A stretch of DNA of 64,000 nucleotides, taken from contig JBDTQM010000002.1 of NCBI GenBank assembly GCA_039932175.1, positions 136 through 64,135 of the forward strand, given 5' to 3'. Below the pieces are notes generated by a model that did no database searches, was not told the origin of the DNA, and saw only the letters and a program-made list of their open reading frames with translations. This DNA is from Specibacter sp. Lineage in GTDB: Bacteria; Actinomycetota; Actinomycetes; Actinomycetales; Micrococcaceae. This document shows positions 29,841 to 39,424 of this stretch, piece by piece (the stretch's first letter is position 1; each line of letters starts with the position of its first letter). Made by a program: the position numbers and the translations under genes.

Positions 29841-30058
29841 GGCTTCCCTCCTAACGGGTGCTTGGGCCAGGCTCCGGGCGCGGGGCGCGGGCCTCGCAGG
29901 GTGAACTGCAAAAGACGTGTCACTACATATCTTGTCACTGCCTGCGGGCACCACCTAGCGCCGGAAGCAGCCGGATTTCGGCCGGGAAACCTGACGCCGC
30001 CAGATGTGAGGCGTGCCACCGCCGGGCAGGCGTGCACAAAAAGGCCTAAAATGGGCTG

Positions 30059-31249
30059 GTGACCTCCTTCGTTGCGTCGGTTCAAGAGCCCACACCGGGC
30101 CTTGACCGGCAAGCCATCATTGACCTGTCCGCCATCGCCAACAACATCCGCCACCTGCGTTCCCTGGTGGAACCTGCCAAATTCATGGCAGTGGTCAAGG
30201 CCGACGCCTACGGGCACGGAGCGGTCCCCGTGGCCCGCGCAGCCGTCGCCGCCGGTGCCAACTGGTTGGGCGCCGCCCACATTGGCGAAGCCCTTGCGCT
30301 GCGGGCGGCCGGCCTTGAGGTGCCCGTCTTGGCATGGCTGCACACCCCCGCCAGCGATTTCACGGCAGCCGTGGCCAATAACATCGACCTGGGCTGCTCC
30401 GGCTGGGAGCTGGAACACATTGCTGCCGCGGCCAGGGCCCTGCAGCATCCCGCACGCATCCACCTGAAGGTCGACACCGGCCTGGGCCGCAACGGCTGCA
30501 CCCCCGCCCAATGGCCTGCCCTGGTTGCCGCGGCCCTGGCCCACCAGGCCCAAGGCCTGCTGCGGGTTGTGGGAGTGTTCAGCCATCTGGCCGTGGCCGA
30601 TGAGCCCCACAGGCCCGAAACTGATGAGCAGCTGACACGCTTCCGCGAGGCTGTGGCGGTTGCCGAGAACGCCGGGGCCGAGCTGGAAGTGCGCCACATC
30701 GCCAACACCCCGGCCACCCTAACCCGACCCGATTCACACTTTGACATGGTGCGGGTTGGCCTGGGCATCTACGGACTTTCCCCGTTTGCGGACACCACCT
30801 CCGGGCACTTGGGGCTGGTGCCGGCCATGACGCTGCAAACCCACATTGCCCACTGCAAGGACGTGCCGGCCGGCCAGGGCGTCTCCTACGGACTGAACTA
30901 CGCCACGACGGCCAACACCACCCTGGGGCTTGTCCCGCTGGGCTACGCCGACGGCATCCCGCGCATTGCCGCCGGCGGGCCCGTGCGGGTCAACGGCACC
31001 ACCTATCCCGTGGTGGGCCGGATCGCCATGGACCAGATGGTCATCGACCTGGGCCCTGCGGCACACGAGGGCTTTGCCCAGGCAGCCGTACCGGGCTCGG
31101 CGTTGGGCTGCACTGCCGTCTTGTTTGGCAACGGGGCCGACGGCGGACCCCTGGTGGAGGAGTGGGCGGCGGCCGCCGGGACCATCAACTATGAAGTGGT
31201 GACACGCATCAGCCAACGCGTCCCGCGCAGCTACGTTGGCGGCGCCTGA
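30059..31249 (+). CDS. alr: Alanine racemase
   Basis: PLP lysine motif AVVKADAYGHG, HLKVDTGLGRNG, VRVGLGIYG, GYADG, GRIAMDQ; TAAAAT 6 nt upstream. Confidence 0.96.
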   Translation: MTSFVASVQEPTPGLDRQAIIDLSAIANNIRHLRSLVEPAKFMAVVKADAYGHGAVPVARAAVAAGANWLGAAHIGEALALRAAGLEVPVLAWLHTPASDFTAAVANNIDLGCSGWELEHIAAAARALQHPARIHLKVDTGLGRNGCTPAQWPALVAAALAHQAQGLLRVVGVFSHLAVADEPHRPETDEQLTRFREAVAVAENAGAELEVRHIANTPATLTRPDSHFDMVRVGLGIYGLSPFADTTSGHLGLVPAMTLQTHIAHCKDVPAGQGVSYGLNYATTANTTLGLVPLGYADGIPRIAAGGPVRVNGTTYPVVGRIAMDQMVIDLGPAAHEGFAQAAVPGSALGCTAVLFGNGADGGPLVEEWAAAAGTINYEVVTRISQRVPRSYVGGA

Positions 31250-31839
31250 TGGCGTGGGAGTTTGCCACCGCCACGGCGGAGGAAACCCAGTTGCTGGCGC
31301 ACCGTCTGGCCGGCCTGCTCAAGGCAGGGGACTTGATCATTCTCAGCGGTGAGCTGGGTGCGGGCAAGACCACCTTCACACAGGGTTTGGGCAGCAGCCT
31401 GGGTGTGCGGCCCGGCATCATTTCCCCCACCTTTGTGCTGGTGCGCATTCACCCGAACCTGCCCGACGGCCCCAATCCGGGCGGCCCGGACCTGGTCCAT
31501 GTGGACGCCTACAGGCTGTCCTCGCCCGGCGAAATTGATGACATCGACCTGGAAAACACCCTTGATTCGGCCGTGACGGTGGTGGAGTGGGGTGTGGACA
31601 GGGTGGAGCACCTGTCCGCGAACCGCCTGGATATTGAGTTGGTGCGGGCTGTTGGCGGGGCCGCCGCGCCGCCGCTGGCCGTAACGGACCCCGATGCCGG
31701 CACCTTTGATTTTGCCGACGAGGACGACGACGAACCCCGCCTTTTGCGCGTCCAGGCCATTGGGCCGCGCTGGGAAGGCATCGACTTTTCAGTCCTTGGC
31801 CAGCCGCTTTCAACAGAACAGATGAAAAAACAATCGTGA
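31249..31839 (+). CDS. tsaE: tRNA t6A biosynthesis ATPase
   Basis: LSGELGAGKTTFTQGLG, SPTFVL, HVDAYRL, VVEWG; acidic insertion FADEDDDE. Confidence 0.93.
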   Translation: MAWEFATATAEETQLLAHRLAGLLKAGDLIILSGELGAGKTTFTQGLGSSLGVRPGIISPTFVLVRIHPNLPDGPNPGGPDLVHVDAYRLSSPGEIDDIDLENTLDSAVTVVEWGVDRVEHLSANRLDIELVRAVGGAAAPPLAVTDPDAGTFDFADEDDDEPRLLRVQAIGPRWEGIDFSVLGQPLSTEQMKKQS

Positions 31840-32570
31840 GAATCTTGACCATCGATACCTCAGCCGTGGCCAGTGCGGCAGTGCTGGACTTTGACCCCCT
31901 GGATCATGCCCGGACGGTGCGGGTTGTGGCGAATTTTGCCACCGCGGACACCCGCAGCCATGCCGAGGTGCTGGCTCCCGGGGTGAAGTCGCTGTTCACC
32001 GACCCCGTCAGCGAAGGACCGGAGCTGGACGCCATCATTGTGGGCACGGGACCTGGCCCGTTCACGGGACTGCGCTCAGGGATCACCGTGGCCCGCACCT
32101 TGGCGTTCACCTGGGGTGTGAAACTGTACGGCATGATGAGCCTTGACGCCTTGGCCCAGCAGGTTTTTGACACACCCCGCTACGTGGACGGACGGGCGGT
32201 TGCGCCCGTGGCCATGGCCGACTTTGTTGTCGCCACGGATGCCCGCCGCCAAGAGGTGTACTGGGCCAAATACAGTGCGGGGGCCGTCCTGCTCGACGGC
32301 CCGCATGTAGGCCCGGCCGCACAAATTTCAGGTCTGCAGGTCTTTGGCGCCGGTGCTGGCATCTACGCCCGGGCGCTCACCGCCAACGGCTGTGCGGTGG
32401 AGGCCGGCTTCTCCGAACAGCAGCCCACGGCCCTGCAGCTGGGCCGGGCGGCAATTCGCAAGATTGCTGCTGCCGGATCTCTGGAGAACGCCGGCTTTTC
32501 AGATTCCACCCCGTTATACATGCGTGAATCCGACGCCAAGGTTCCCGGTCCCCGGAAGCGGGCACTGTGA
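31836..32570 (+). CDS. tsaB: tRNA t6A biosynthesis protein
   Basis: ILTIDTS, HAEVLAP, VGTGPGPFTGLRSG, DARRQEVY, PLYMRESDA. Confidence 0.93.
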   Translation: MRILTIDTSAVASAAVLDFDPLDHARTVRVVANFATADTRSHAEVLAPGVKSLFTDPVSEGPELDAIIVGTGPGPFTGLRSGITVARTLAFTWGVKLYGMMSLDALAQQVFDTPRYVDGRAVAPVAMADFVVATDARRQEVYWAKYSAGAVLLDGPHVGPAAQISGLQVFGAGAGIYARALTANGCAVEAGFSEQQPTALQLGRAAIRKIAAAGSLENAGFSDSTPLYMRESDAKVPGPRKRAL

Positions 32571-33136
32571 CAACCGCCGCCGAACCAAGCCAGCCCCGCA
32601 CGGGCCAGCCCTTGCAGGGCCCAACTTTGCAGGGCCCAACTGTGTCGGGACCTGCGGTGTTGCGCACCATGGTTCCGGCCGACATTGACTTCATCACCGC
32701 CCTGGACGCCCAGCTTTTTGGGGTGGACTGCTGGCCCCGGTACATGTTTGAGGACGAGTTGGCCCGGCCCGAAACACGGCGGTACATCATCGCGGAGGTG
32801 CCCGACGGCGTCGGAGATCTTCAAATAGCAGGCTACGCCGGGCTCATGTGCATGGCACCTGTGGGGGACATTCAAACCATTGGGGTGCTGCCGGAATTTG
32901 AGGGCCGCGGCATTGCCCGCGCCATGATGGCGGACCTCATTGCCGAGGCGGTCCTGCGCGGTGCCCAGGAGATGATGCTCGAGGTCAGCTCCGCAAACCC
33001 CCGCGCCCAGGACCTGTACAGGCGCTACGGTTTTGAGCACATCCACACGCGGCGCAAGTATTACAGGGACGGCTCGGACGGGCTGATCATGCGCCTGACA
33101 CTTCCCGCAGCCACAGATGAGAAGGACCCCTCATGA
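32567..33136 (+). CDS. rimI: Ribosomal protein S18 N-acetyltransferase (GNAT)
   Basis: [50 protein letters not shown]; located between tsaB and tsaD. Confidence 0.88.
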   Translation: MTTAAEPSQPRTGQPLQGPTLQGPTVSGPAVLRTMVPADIDFITALDAQLFGVDCWPRYMFEDELARPETRRYIIAEVPDGVGDLQIAGYAGLMCMAPVGDIQTIGVLPEFEGRGIARAMMADLIAEAVLRGAQEMMLEVSSANPRAQDLYRRYGFEHIHTRRKYYRDGSDGLIMRLTLPAATDEKDPS

Positions 33137-34245
33137 ACCAGAGCAACCCCCTGATCCTGGGCATTGAGTCCTCCTGCGATGAAACGGGTGTGGGACTGGT
33201 GCGCGGCACAACGCTGCTGACCAACACGGTTTCCTCGTCCATGGAGGAACACGTCCGCTTTGGCGGCGTGATTCCGGAGATTGCCTCCCGGGCCCACCTG
33301 GACGCTTTTGTCCCCACCCTGCAGCAGGCGCTTTCCGATGCCGGGGTCACGCTGGCGGATGTGGACGCCATTGCCGTCACCAGCGGGCCGGGACTGGCTG
33401 GTGCCCTCATGGTGGGTGTCAGTGCAGCCAAGGCCCTGGCACTGGCCACGGGCAAGCCGCTGTATGCCATCAACCACCTGGTGGCGCACGTGGGTGTGGG
33501 GCTGCTGGATGAATCGCTTGCTGCCGCGTACGACGGCGGGGCGCTGCCTGAGAATCTCGGCGCACTGTTGGTCTCCGGCGGGCACACGGAGATTCTGCGC
33601 GTGCGCAGCATCGCCTCCGATGTTCAGTTGCTCGGTGCCACGATTGACGACGCCGCGGGGGAGGCCTTTGACAAGGTGGCCCGGCTGCTGGGGCTGAACT
33701 ATCCCGGCGGGCCCGCCATTGACAGGCTGGCCCGCGAGGGCAATGCCAAGGCCATCAGGTTCCCGCGCGGGCTGACCATGCCCAAATACATGGGCACCGC
33801 CGAAGCTCCCGGCCCGCACCGCTACGACTTCTCCTTCTCCGGCCTGAAAACGGCCGTTGCCCGCTGCGTTGAGGGGTACGAGGCACGCGGCGAGGCCGTC
33901 CCGGTGGCCGACGTTGCGGCGTCGTTCCAGGAAGCCGTGCTGGATGTCATCACCGCCAAGGCTGTGCTGGCGTGCAAGGAGCAGGGCATCACCACCTTGC
34001 TGCTGGGCGGCGGCGTGGCGGCAAACTCCCGGCTGCGGGAGCTGGCGCAACAGCGCTGCCTGGCCGCCGGAGTCACCCTGCTGGTGCCCAAGCTGTCGCT
34101 GTGCACCGACAACGGTGCCATGGTGGCGGCCCTGGGCGCGCAGCTGGTCATGAACGGCGTGGCCCCCAGCGACCTGGCGTTCGCCCCGGACTCCTCCATG
34201 CCGGTGACAAGCATCAGCCTCCAAGGAAAAGCTGACCCGCAGTAG
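33133..34245 (+). CDS. tsaD: tRNA t6A carbamoyltransferase
   Basis: [54 protein letters not shown]. Confidence 0.97.
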   Translation: MNQSNPLILGIESSCDETGVGLVRGTTLLTNTVSSSMEEHVRFGGVIPEIASRAHLDAFVPTLQQALSDAGVTLADVDAIAVTSGPGLAGALMVGVSAAKALALATGKPLYAINHLVAHVGVGLLDESLAAAYDGGALPENLGALLVSGGHTEILRVRSIASDVQLLGATIDDAAGEAFDKVARLLGLNYPGGPAIDRLAREGNAKAIRFPRGLTMPKYMGTAEAPGPHRYDFSFSGLKTAVARCVEGYEARGEAVPVADVAASFQEAVLDVITAKAVLACKEQGITTLLLGGGVAANSRLRELAQQRCLAAGVTLLVPKLSLCTDNGAMVAALGAQLVMNGVAPSDLAFAPDSSMPVTSISLQGKADPQ

Positions 34246-34280
34246 TGGTCGAAAAACACCGCGAAATCGCGTTTTTTCGA

Positions 34281-34366
34281 GGGGCCCACGCCGAGGTACG
34301 AGGTTGGGGAGCGGGTGGGGACTACTGCGGGCCAGTTGCCTGTGCACCTGGGCCTGTGCACCTGGG
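34281..34366. repeat. REP-like 40-bp element plus a 14-bp tandem duplication
   Basis: GGGGCCCACGCCGAGGTACGAGGTTGGGGAGCGGGTGGGG (34281-34320) closely matches the reverse complement of 56791-56828; CCTGTGCACCTGGG occurs twice at 34339-34366. Confidence 0.7.
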
Positions 34367-34400
34367 CCCGTGTGCCCGAGGGCGGGCAAGTTGGGCGGTG

Positions 34401-34730
34401 CTACATGCCCATGGCGAGGAGTTCGAACACTTCCAGGTTGAAGCGGCCCCGGCCTTCCCTCAGGAACGGGTGGCCATCGGCCAGTGACTTGGCTGCGTCC
34501 AGACTGTCCGCCTCCACAATGCTGTACCCCTGCAACTCACTGGGTGTGGCGGTGGATCCGTCGTCGGACACCGCAGCACGGGCACCGAAGGGGGATCCGG
34601 CGTCGAGCAGTGCCGAACCGAGCGTGCCCATCCAGGCACCCCATGCGGCCATCTCCTTCTCGGACTGCTCCGGCGTGAACTGGTCCATGGGGGTGGCCGG
34701 ACCGTTGTAGATGTAGATGAACTTGCTCAT
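34401..34730 (-). CDS. YciI/DGPF-like small protein
   Basis: MAAWGAWM...GSPFG...GYSIVEADSLDAAKSLADGHP...LEVFEL. Confidence 0.75.
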   Translation of the reverse strand: MSKFIYIYNGPATPMDQFTPEQSEKEMAAWGAWMGTLGSALLDAGSPFGARAAVSDDGSTATPSELQGYSIVEADSLDAAKSLADGHPFLREGRGRFNLEVFELLAMGM

Positions 34731-34804
34731 GATATTTCCTTTCCTTACTTTGGCGGCGACCTGACCCAGGATTGCCCTGAGCCTGGCCAGATCCTTGCGC
34801 TTGG

Positions 34805-35782
34805 TCAGGCGGTGGCGGTTTGGCGGCCGGTAAACGCCACCAGCCGGTCCAGGCTCCCGGTGGATTCTTCAACGAGGGTCTCCTCGGCGAAGCTCTTGCC
34901 GCGCATGCCGGGGGCGATGGTTTTCCGGGCCAGCGCCGAAACGTAGTCGGACAGGACTGGCGACACGCCCAGCTCCCGTCCCGTGGCGGCGGAGAAGTCC
35001 CAGGCATGGACCAGGAATTCAATGTTCAAAATGTTGGCCACAGTGGTGGCAGGCAATACGGCGAACCCCATGTCCAGGGTGCCGTCCAAGCCGCGCTTGT
35101 TGAATGCCTCAAGGGTTGGGGCGGCAATAGTGGCCACGCGCACTTCCGGTGACGCTTCGGGGCGGTCGGTGATGTCAACGCCCAAGGCCTTGCCGATTCC
35201 TGCAATGGAGCCCACCAAATGGTCCACCAAGGCCGCCACTGTGAAGTCCTCGCAGGGGGTTTGCCGTCCCATGTCCTGTGCGGTCAGTGCGTGCAGGACA
35301 CGCTGGACAATGGCCAGGGCTGCCTCGGCGCTGATGAGTTCATTGATGGGGTCGGGCGCTGCCGCCCAGGGGTCCGCACCTGCGTCGCCCGCGGTGGTCA
35401 ATGCCACCAGACGGCCCAGGAAATGCGTCCACCCTTCGGTGTGGCCGGGCACCTGGTTCTCCGGCAGGCCCGCATGGACCAGCCTGACTGTGGTCCCGCC
35501 GTCGGCCGGGGTCAAGGTGATGGTGACGGTGGAGGAATCCCCGCCCGCGGGGTCGGCGCCCTCCCAGCCCCAGGTGAACATGACACGCCGTCCCGGCTCA
35601 ACCACGGTGAAGGTGCCTGTTGCATGGTGTCCGGGCGTGATGGTCCAGCGGTATCCGCCGCCCACCCTCAGGTCCACGCGGGCCGCGACCGCTTTCCAAC
35701 GGCGAAGGCGTTCAGGGTCGGTGATCAAGACAAACGCCGCGTCCGGGTCGACGGGGATGAAAACGGACTGATCAATGGTCAT
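34805..35782 (-). CDS. SRPBCC (AHSA1) domain fused to an MDMPI-like/DinB-fold metal-binding domain (TIGR03086-like)
   Basis: N-terminal TDPERLRRW...VDLRVGGGYR...FTWGWEG...GWTHFLGRL; C-terminal TPCEDFTVAALVDHL and EFLVHAWDF. Confidence 0.8.
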   Translation of the reverse strand: MTIDQSVFIPVDPDAAFVLITDPERLRRWKAVAARVDLRVGGGYRWTITPGHHATGTFTVVEPGRRVMFTWGWEGADPAGGDSSTVTITLTPADGGTTVRLVHAGLPENQVPGHTEGWTHFLGRLVALTTAGDAGADPWAAAPDPINELISAEAALAIVQRVLHALTAQDMGRQTPCEDFTVAALVDHLVGSIAGIGKALGVDITDRPEASPEVRVATIAAPTLEAFNKRGLDGTLDMGFAVLPATTVANILNIEFLVHAWDFSAATGRELGVSPVLSDYVSALARKTIAPGMRGKSFAEETLVEESTGSLDRLVAFTGRQTATA

Positions 35783-36116
35783 CGGAGATCTCCTTGGGGT
35801 GGTGCTGCGGTGGGGGCGAGGCTGCCAAGGCGGAGGCGTCCGCAGCCAATTGGTTCAACTCCGTGGTCCAAAACATGGCCAGTGAGTCCCGCAGCCGGGA
35901 CATGCCCTGCGGGTTCAGGCTGTAGTAGCGGCGCCTGCCATCCTTTCTGGCATGAACCAGTCCGACGTCGGCCAGCAACAGCAGGTGCTGGGAGATCGCG
36001 GACCTGCTGACGGGGAAGTTCTCCGCCAGTTCCGTAACGCTCCGTTCGCCGCCGCCAAGCATCTGCAACAGGCGCCGCCTGTTCGGTTCGGCTGCGGTTT
36101 CGAGAAGGTCGGGCAC
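35772..36116 (-). CDS. ArsR family transcriptional regulator
   Basis: AEPNRRRLLQML...SVTELA..FPVSRSAISQHLLLLADVGLVHARKDGRRRYYSL; likely GTG at 36116. Confidence 0.9.
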   Translation of the reverse strand: MPDLLETAAEPNRRRLLQMLGGGERSVTELAENFPVSRSAISQHLLLLADVGLVHARKDGRRRYYSLNPQGMSRLRDSLAMFWTTELNQLAADASALAASPPPQHHPKEISDDH

Positions 36117-36119
36117 ATA

Positions 36120-36149
36120 AAATACGTTAGTCTTCACTAACGCATTTTA
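36120..36149. promoter_or_regulatory. Palindromic operator, probably for the ArsR autoregulator
   Basis: AAAATACGTTAGT-cttc-ACTAACGCATTTT (12 of 13 bp symmetric) directly upstream of the ArsR start. Confidence 0.65.
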
Positions 36150-36216
36150 CAAGAGGTGTGCAGGGTTCCCCGTATTTCTCCCTGGTGGCTGTTACGCGGA
36201 CGGCACCCCGACGGCG

Positions 36217-37188
36217 CTACTGCGCCGTTGGGAGGGTCAGCTCCATGACAGTGCCGCCGGGCCCTGTGGAGTTGATGTCGATCCGACCACCGGCGGCGGT
36301 GGCGATCTCCCGCACCAGCGCCAACCCCAAACCGTAGCTGCGCCGCCCGCCGGCCAGCGGCTCGCTGGTGCGGGCGAACCGCTCGAAAACCCTCGCTTGG
36401 TCGATGCCCGAAATCCCGGAGCCAGTGTCACTGACTCTTATGCGAACATCCCCGCCGTGGACATCCGTCTGGATGGTGACCCGCCCGCCGGCAGGGGTAT
36501 GGTTCAGGGCGTTGTCCACCAGCCCCAGGACAGCACGGCGCAAACTGTTGGCCTGAATGAGAACCCGGGGTTCGCCGTCGTGCGTGGCCTCCAAGTGCAC
36601 GCCCCGGGAATGGGCCAGATCCGCCCAATCTGCCGCGACACCAGCAACCACGGCGTTCACCTTCACCGGGTCAACTGGTGAATCAGTGTCTCCCACGGCC
36701 GCCAGCAACAGCTCCTGGACGGTGGCTGTGAGCGCGGCAGAGTCCGCGCGAACCTGGGTCAGCAACCGCGCGGCCTCACTCCCGGCTGGGACCTTCTGTT
36801 CGGCCAACTGCACGCGGGCGTCAAGAATGGTCAAAGGGGTCCGCAATTCATGGCTGGCGTCCTGAATGAAGCGCCGCTGCAACGCCAAAGCCCGCCCCAA
36901 CGGCCTGATGGCGCTGCGGGCACTAAGCCAGCCGATGGCTCCCGCGGCGAGAATTCCACCCAGGCCCGCCAGCGCCATGGACTTGAGCATGTCATTGGAT
37001 TCCACATAGACGCGGGCCGACGACGGATCCGTCGTATCCGGATGCCCGGACAAGTAGAGCATGTAGAGGGCTGCGGCAATGATGACAACCACCACCATGA
37101 CGGCGCAAGCCACGGCAATGCGCATGCCCACCGTCAGCGCTGCCCGCCGCAACTGGCTCGCATCCATTGCGCTGACGTCCTTACTCAT
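36217..37188 (-). CDS. Sensor histidine kinase
   Basis: Two TM helices, H-box FIQDASHELRTPL, N-box LVDNALNH, VSDTGSGI, F-box VFERFAR, GLGLALV. Confidence 0.92.
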   Translation of the reverse strand: MSKDVSAMDASQLRRAALTVGMRIAVACAVMVVVVIIAAALYMLYLSGHPDTTDPSSARVYVESNDMLKSMALAGLGGILAAGAIGWLSARSAIRPLGRALALQRRFIQDASHELRTPLTILDARVQLAEQKVPAGSEAARLLTQVRADSAALTATVQELLLAAVGDTDSPVDPVKVNAVVAGVAADWADLAHSRGVHLEATHDGEPRVLIQANSLRRAVLGLVDNALNHTPAGGRVTIQTDVHGGDVRIRVSDTGSGISGIDQARVFERFARTSEPLAGGRRSYGLGLALVREIATAAGGRIDINSTGPGGTVMELTLPTAQ

Positions 37189-37849
37189 GAGGATCCCCAA
37201 TCTGGTAGCCCAAGCCGTGTACTGTCCTGATCACCGTCTTGGAAACTTTCTTGCGCAAGTAGTGCACATAGGTGTCGATGACAGTCTGAGAGTCTTCCGG
37301 GTGGAACAAGGCTCCCATCATCTCCGGACGCGTAAAGACCCGCTCCGGTTCCCCGGCCAGCAGGCCCAACAGCTCCGACTCCTTGGCCGTGAGTGAAACA
37401 TGGGCGCCGTTGTAAGAGCGCAAGGTCCTGGTGCCAGGATCGAGTTCCCAATCGCCAAAGGTAAATACCGTGGGGGCGGGGAGATAGCTGCGGGAGATTG
37501 CGCGCAGGCGGGCACGCAGCTCTCCGGCATCAAACGGCTTGGTCATGTAGTCGTTCGCTCCGGCGTCGAGCCCCTCGATTTTCTCAACAGTGGCCCCCAA
37601 CGCCGTGAGGATCAGTGCCGGCGTGGCAATGCCCTTGCGCCGCAGCGCCTTGACCAATTCCACGCCGTCCATCACTGGCAGGCCTCGATCGATAACCATC
37701 ACATCCCATGCGCCGGTCAAGGCAAGGTGCAGGCCAGTCTGCCCGTCCGGGGCCAGTGTCACCTGGTAGTCGGCAGCCAGCAGCTCGGCGATAAGCGGTC
37801 CCAGTACTGGATCGTCTTCCACCAGCAGAAGCTGTTCATAGGTGTGCAT
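37181..37849 (-). CDS. OmpR-family response regulator
   Basis: LLVEDD, VIDRGLPVMDG, GANDYMTKPF, winged helix VHYLRKK...IRTVHGLGY; ATG 37849. Confidence 0.92.
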   Translation of the reverse strand: MHTYEQLLLVEDDPVLGPLIAELLAADYQVTLAPDGQTGLHLALTGAWDVMVIDRGLPVMDGVELVKALRRKGIATPALILTALGATVEKIEGLDAGANDYMTKPFDAGELRARLRAISRSYLPAPTVFTFGDWELDPGTRTLRSYNGAHVSLTAKESELLGLLAGEPERVFTRPEMMGALFHPEDSQTVIDTYVHYLRKKVSKTVIRTVHGLGYQIGDPHE

Positions 37850-38555
37850 GGTCCTTATTCTCCCGCGATGTACCCCGAGATGGGTGCTGTGCCGCAACCC
37901 GGTTCCTGCGCCGCGAGCGTAGAACGCCGATCCCGCCTGGCAGAACTGACACCAACACCATGATGATGGCGATGACGTCGATGTTCTTGGCAACGAACTC
38001 ATAGTGACCCAGCCACGTGCCCAACAGGATCACCGACGCGGCCCAACCCAGCGCCCCTGCAATGTTCCAGAGGGTGAATTTCTTGTGGTTGTACTGCGCA
38101 ATGCCGGCCACCAGCGGGGCGAACGTGCGCACCACCGGCACAAAACGGGCCAGCACTATGGCCTTGCCTCCCTGCTTGGCAAAGAACTCCTCTGTCCGCA
38201 CCAGATAGGCAGTTTTCAGGACTCGTGCGTCGTCTTTGAACCATCGGCGCCCAAATTTGCGGCCCAACATGTAGCCCACCTGGTCTCCGGCGATGGCGGC
38301 CAAGGCCACCACGCCGATCAGCATGGGCAGGGCCAGGTTCAGCTGCTGGTGCAGCAGACCGGCGGTGAACAACAGCGAGTCCCCTGGCAGGAACGGGAAC
38401 AGGAGCCCGGATTCAATGAAGACAATCAACGCCACCACGCCCAGTGTGGCCGGCCCCAACCCCTGCAAGAGGGCGGCCGGGTCAAGGACAGTGGACAGTC
38501 CTGAAGGCAGGAAACCCGCAAGGCTGGCAGGGAGTGTGCTGGCAAGCAGATGCAT
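37836..38555 (-). CDS. DedA family (VTT) membrane protein
   Basis: FIESGLLFPFLPGDSLLF, AIAGDQVGY..G, ARFVPVVRTFAP..AG. Confidence 0.9.
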   Translation of the reverse strand: MHLLASTLPASLAGFLPSGLSTVLDPAALLQGLGPATLGVVALIVFIESGLLFPFLPGDSLLFTAGLLHQQLNLALPMLIGVVALAAIAGDQVGYMLGRKFGRRWFKDDARVLKTAYLVRTEEFFAKQGGKAIVLARFVPVVRTFAPLVAGIAQYNHKKFTLWNIAGALGWAASVILLGTWLGHYEFVAKNIDVIAIIMVLVSVLPGGIGVLRSRRRNRVAAQHPSRGTSRENKDHAHL

Positions 38556-39352
38556 CAGTTGGTCCTATCGCGAGTTGCTGCTGGCGCCACTGGGCCAAAA
38601 CGCCCCAGGCGGGAGACGCGCGGCACAATGCGTTCCTGATAACGGTTCCACAAGCCTGCAAAGAGAATCACGGCTGCGCTCGCTGCCAGAAAAGACGCCA
38701 AAACGTCACTGGGAAAGTGCACACCAACATAGATGCGCGACCACGCCACCACTACAGATACGGCGATACCTGCCACGGCCGTCCACTTGGCCCAGCGGCT
38801 GCTCCGCGCCAGGAAATAAAACGCCCAGGCCAGGCCCACGGCAAGGGCAACATGGCCGCTGGGGAAACTGTTGGAACCGGTTTCCGGGGCCAATGGGTCA
38901 AAGAGCAACGCCGGGTTGGGACGCTGGCGCGCCACGAGCAGCTTGAAGAGTTGGCTTGACAGCCACCCCGCCGCAGCCACCCCGCCGAATGCCAGCGCGT
39001 TGACAGGCGACTTGCACACCAGCAGCAGGAAAAGGGCCACGGTTGCGATGATCAGGAATCCGCCCAGCGGGGAAAACACATAATTCAACGTCATGGCCAC
39101 GGCTGTCAATGCGATGTTGTGGTGCCGGCTCAGCTCCTGATCCACGGAAAATTCTCTCATGCCAAGTCCTGGCAGATCCTTGGCAATGAGACCCAGCGCC
39201 AGAACAGCAGCAGAAAGGAGCATCGCCCAAAGGAACCAGAAGCGGGGCTGCGGCAAAACCGCCAAACGGGTGGCAAAGCCCCCTTGATCGGTGTCGGGAG
39301 GCAGTGGATTTGCCGGCTCGAAGGCACGGCGGCTCTGGCGGGGATGCGACAC
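38555..39352 (-). CDS. PAP2 family phosphatase (undecaprenyl-pyrophosphate phosphatase-like)
   Basis: KLLVARQRP, SFPSGH, SRIYVGVHFPSDV; stop overlaps the DedA start (TGATG). Confidence 0.9.
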   Translation of the reverse strand: MSHPRQSRRAFEPANPLPPDTDQGGFATRLAVLPQPRFWFLWAMLLSAAVLALGLIAKDLPGLGMREFSVDQELSRHHNIALTAVAMTLNYVFSPLGGFLIIATVALFLLLVCKSPVNALAFGGVAAAGWLSSQLFKLLVARQRPNPALLFDPLAPETGSNSFPSGHVALAVGLAWAFYFLARSSRWAKWTAVAGIAVSVVVAWSRIYVGVHFPSDVLASFLAASAAVILFAGLWNRYQERIVPRVSRLGRFGPVAPAATRDRTN

Positions 39353-39424
39353 TTGATGCTCCGAATCGTGGCGGACAGTGGAAAGGGGACCCGAAGGCCT
39401 TCATTCCACTTTCCCGCACACCAA

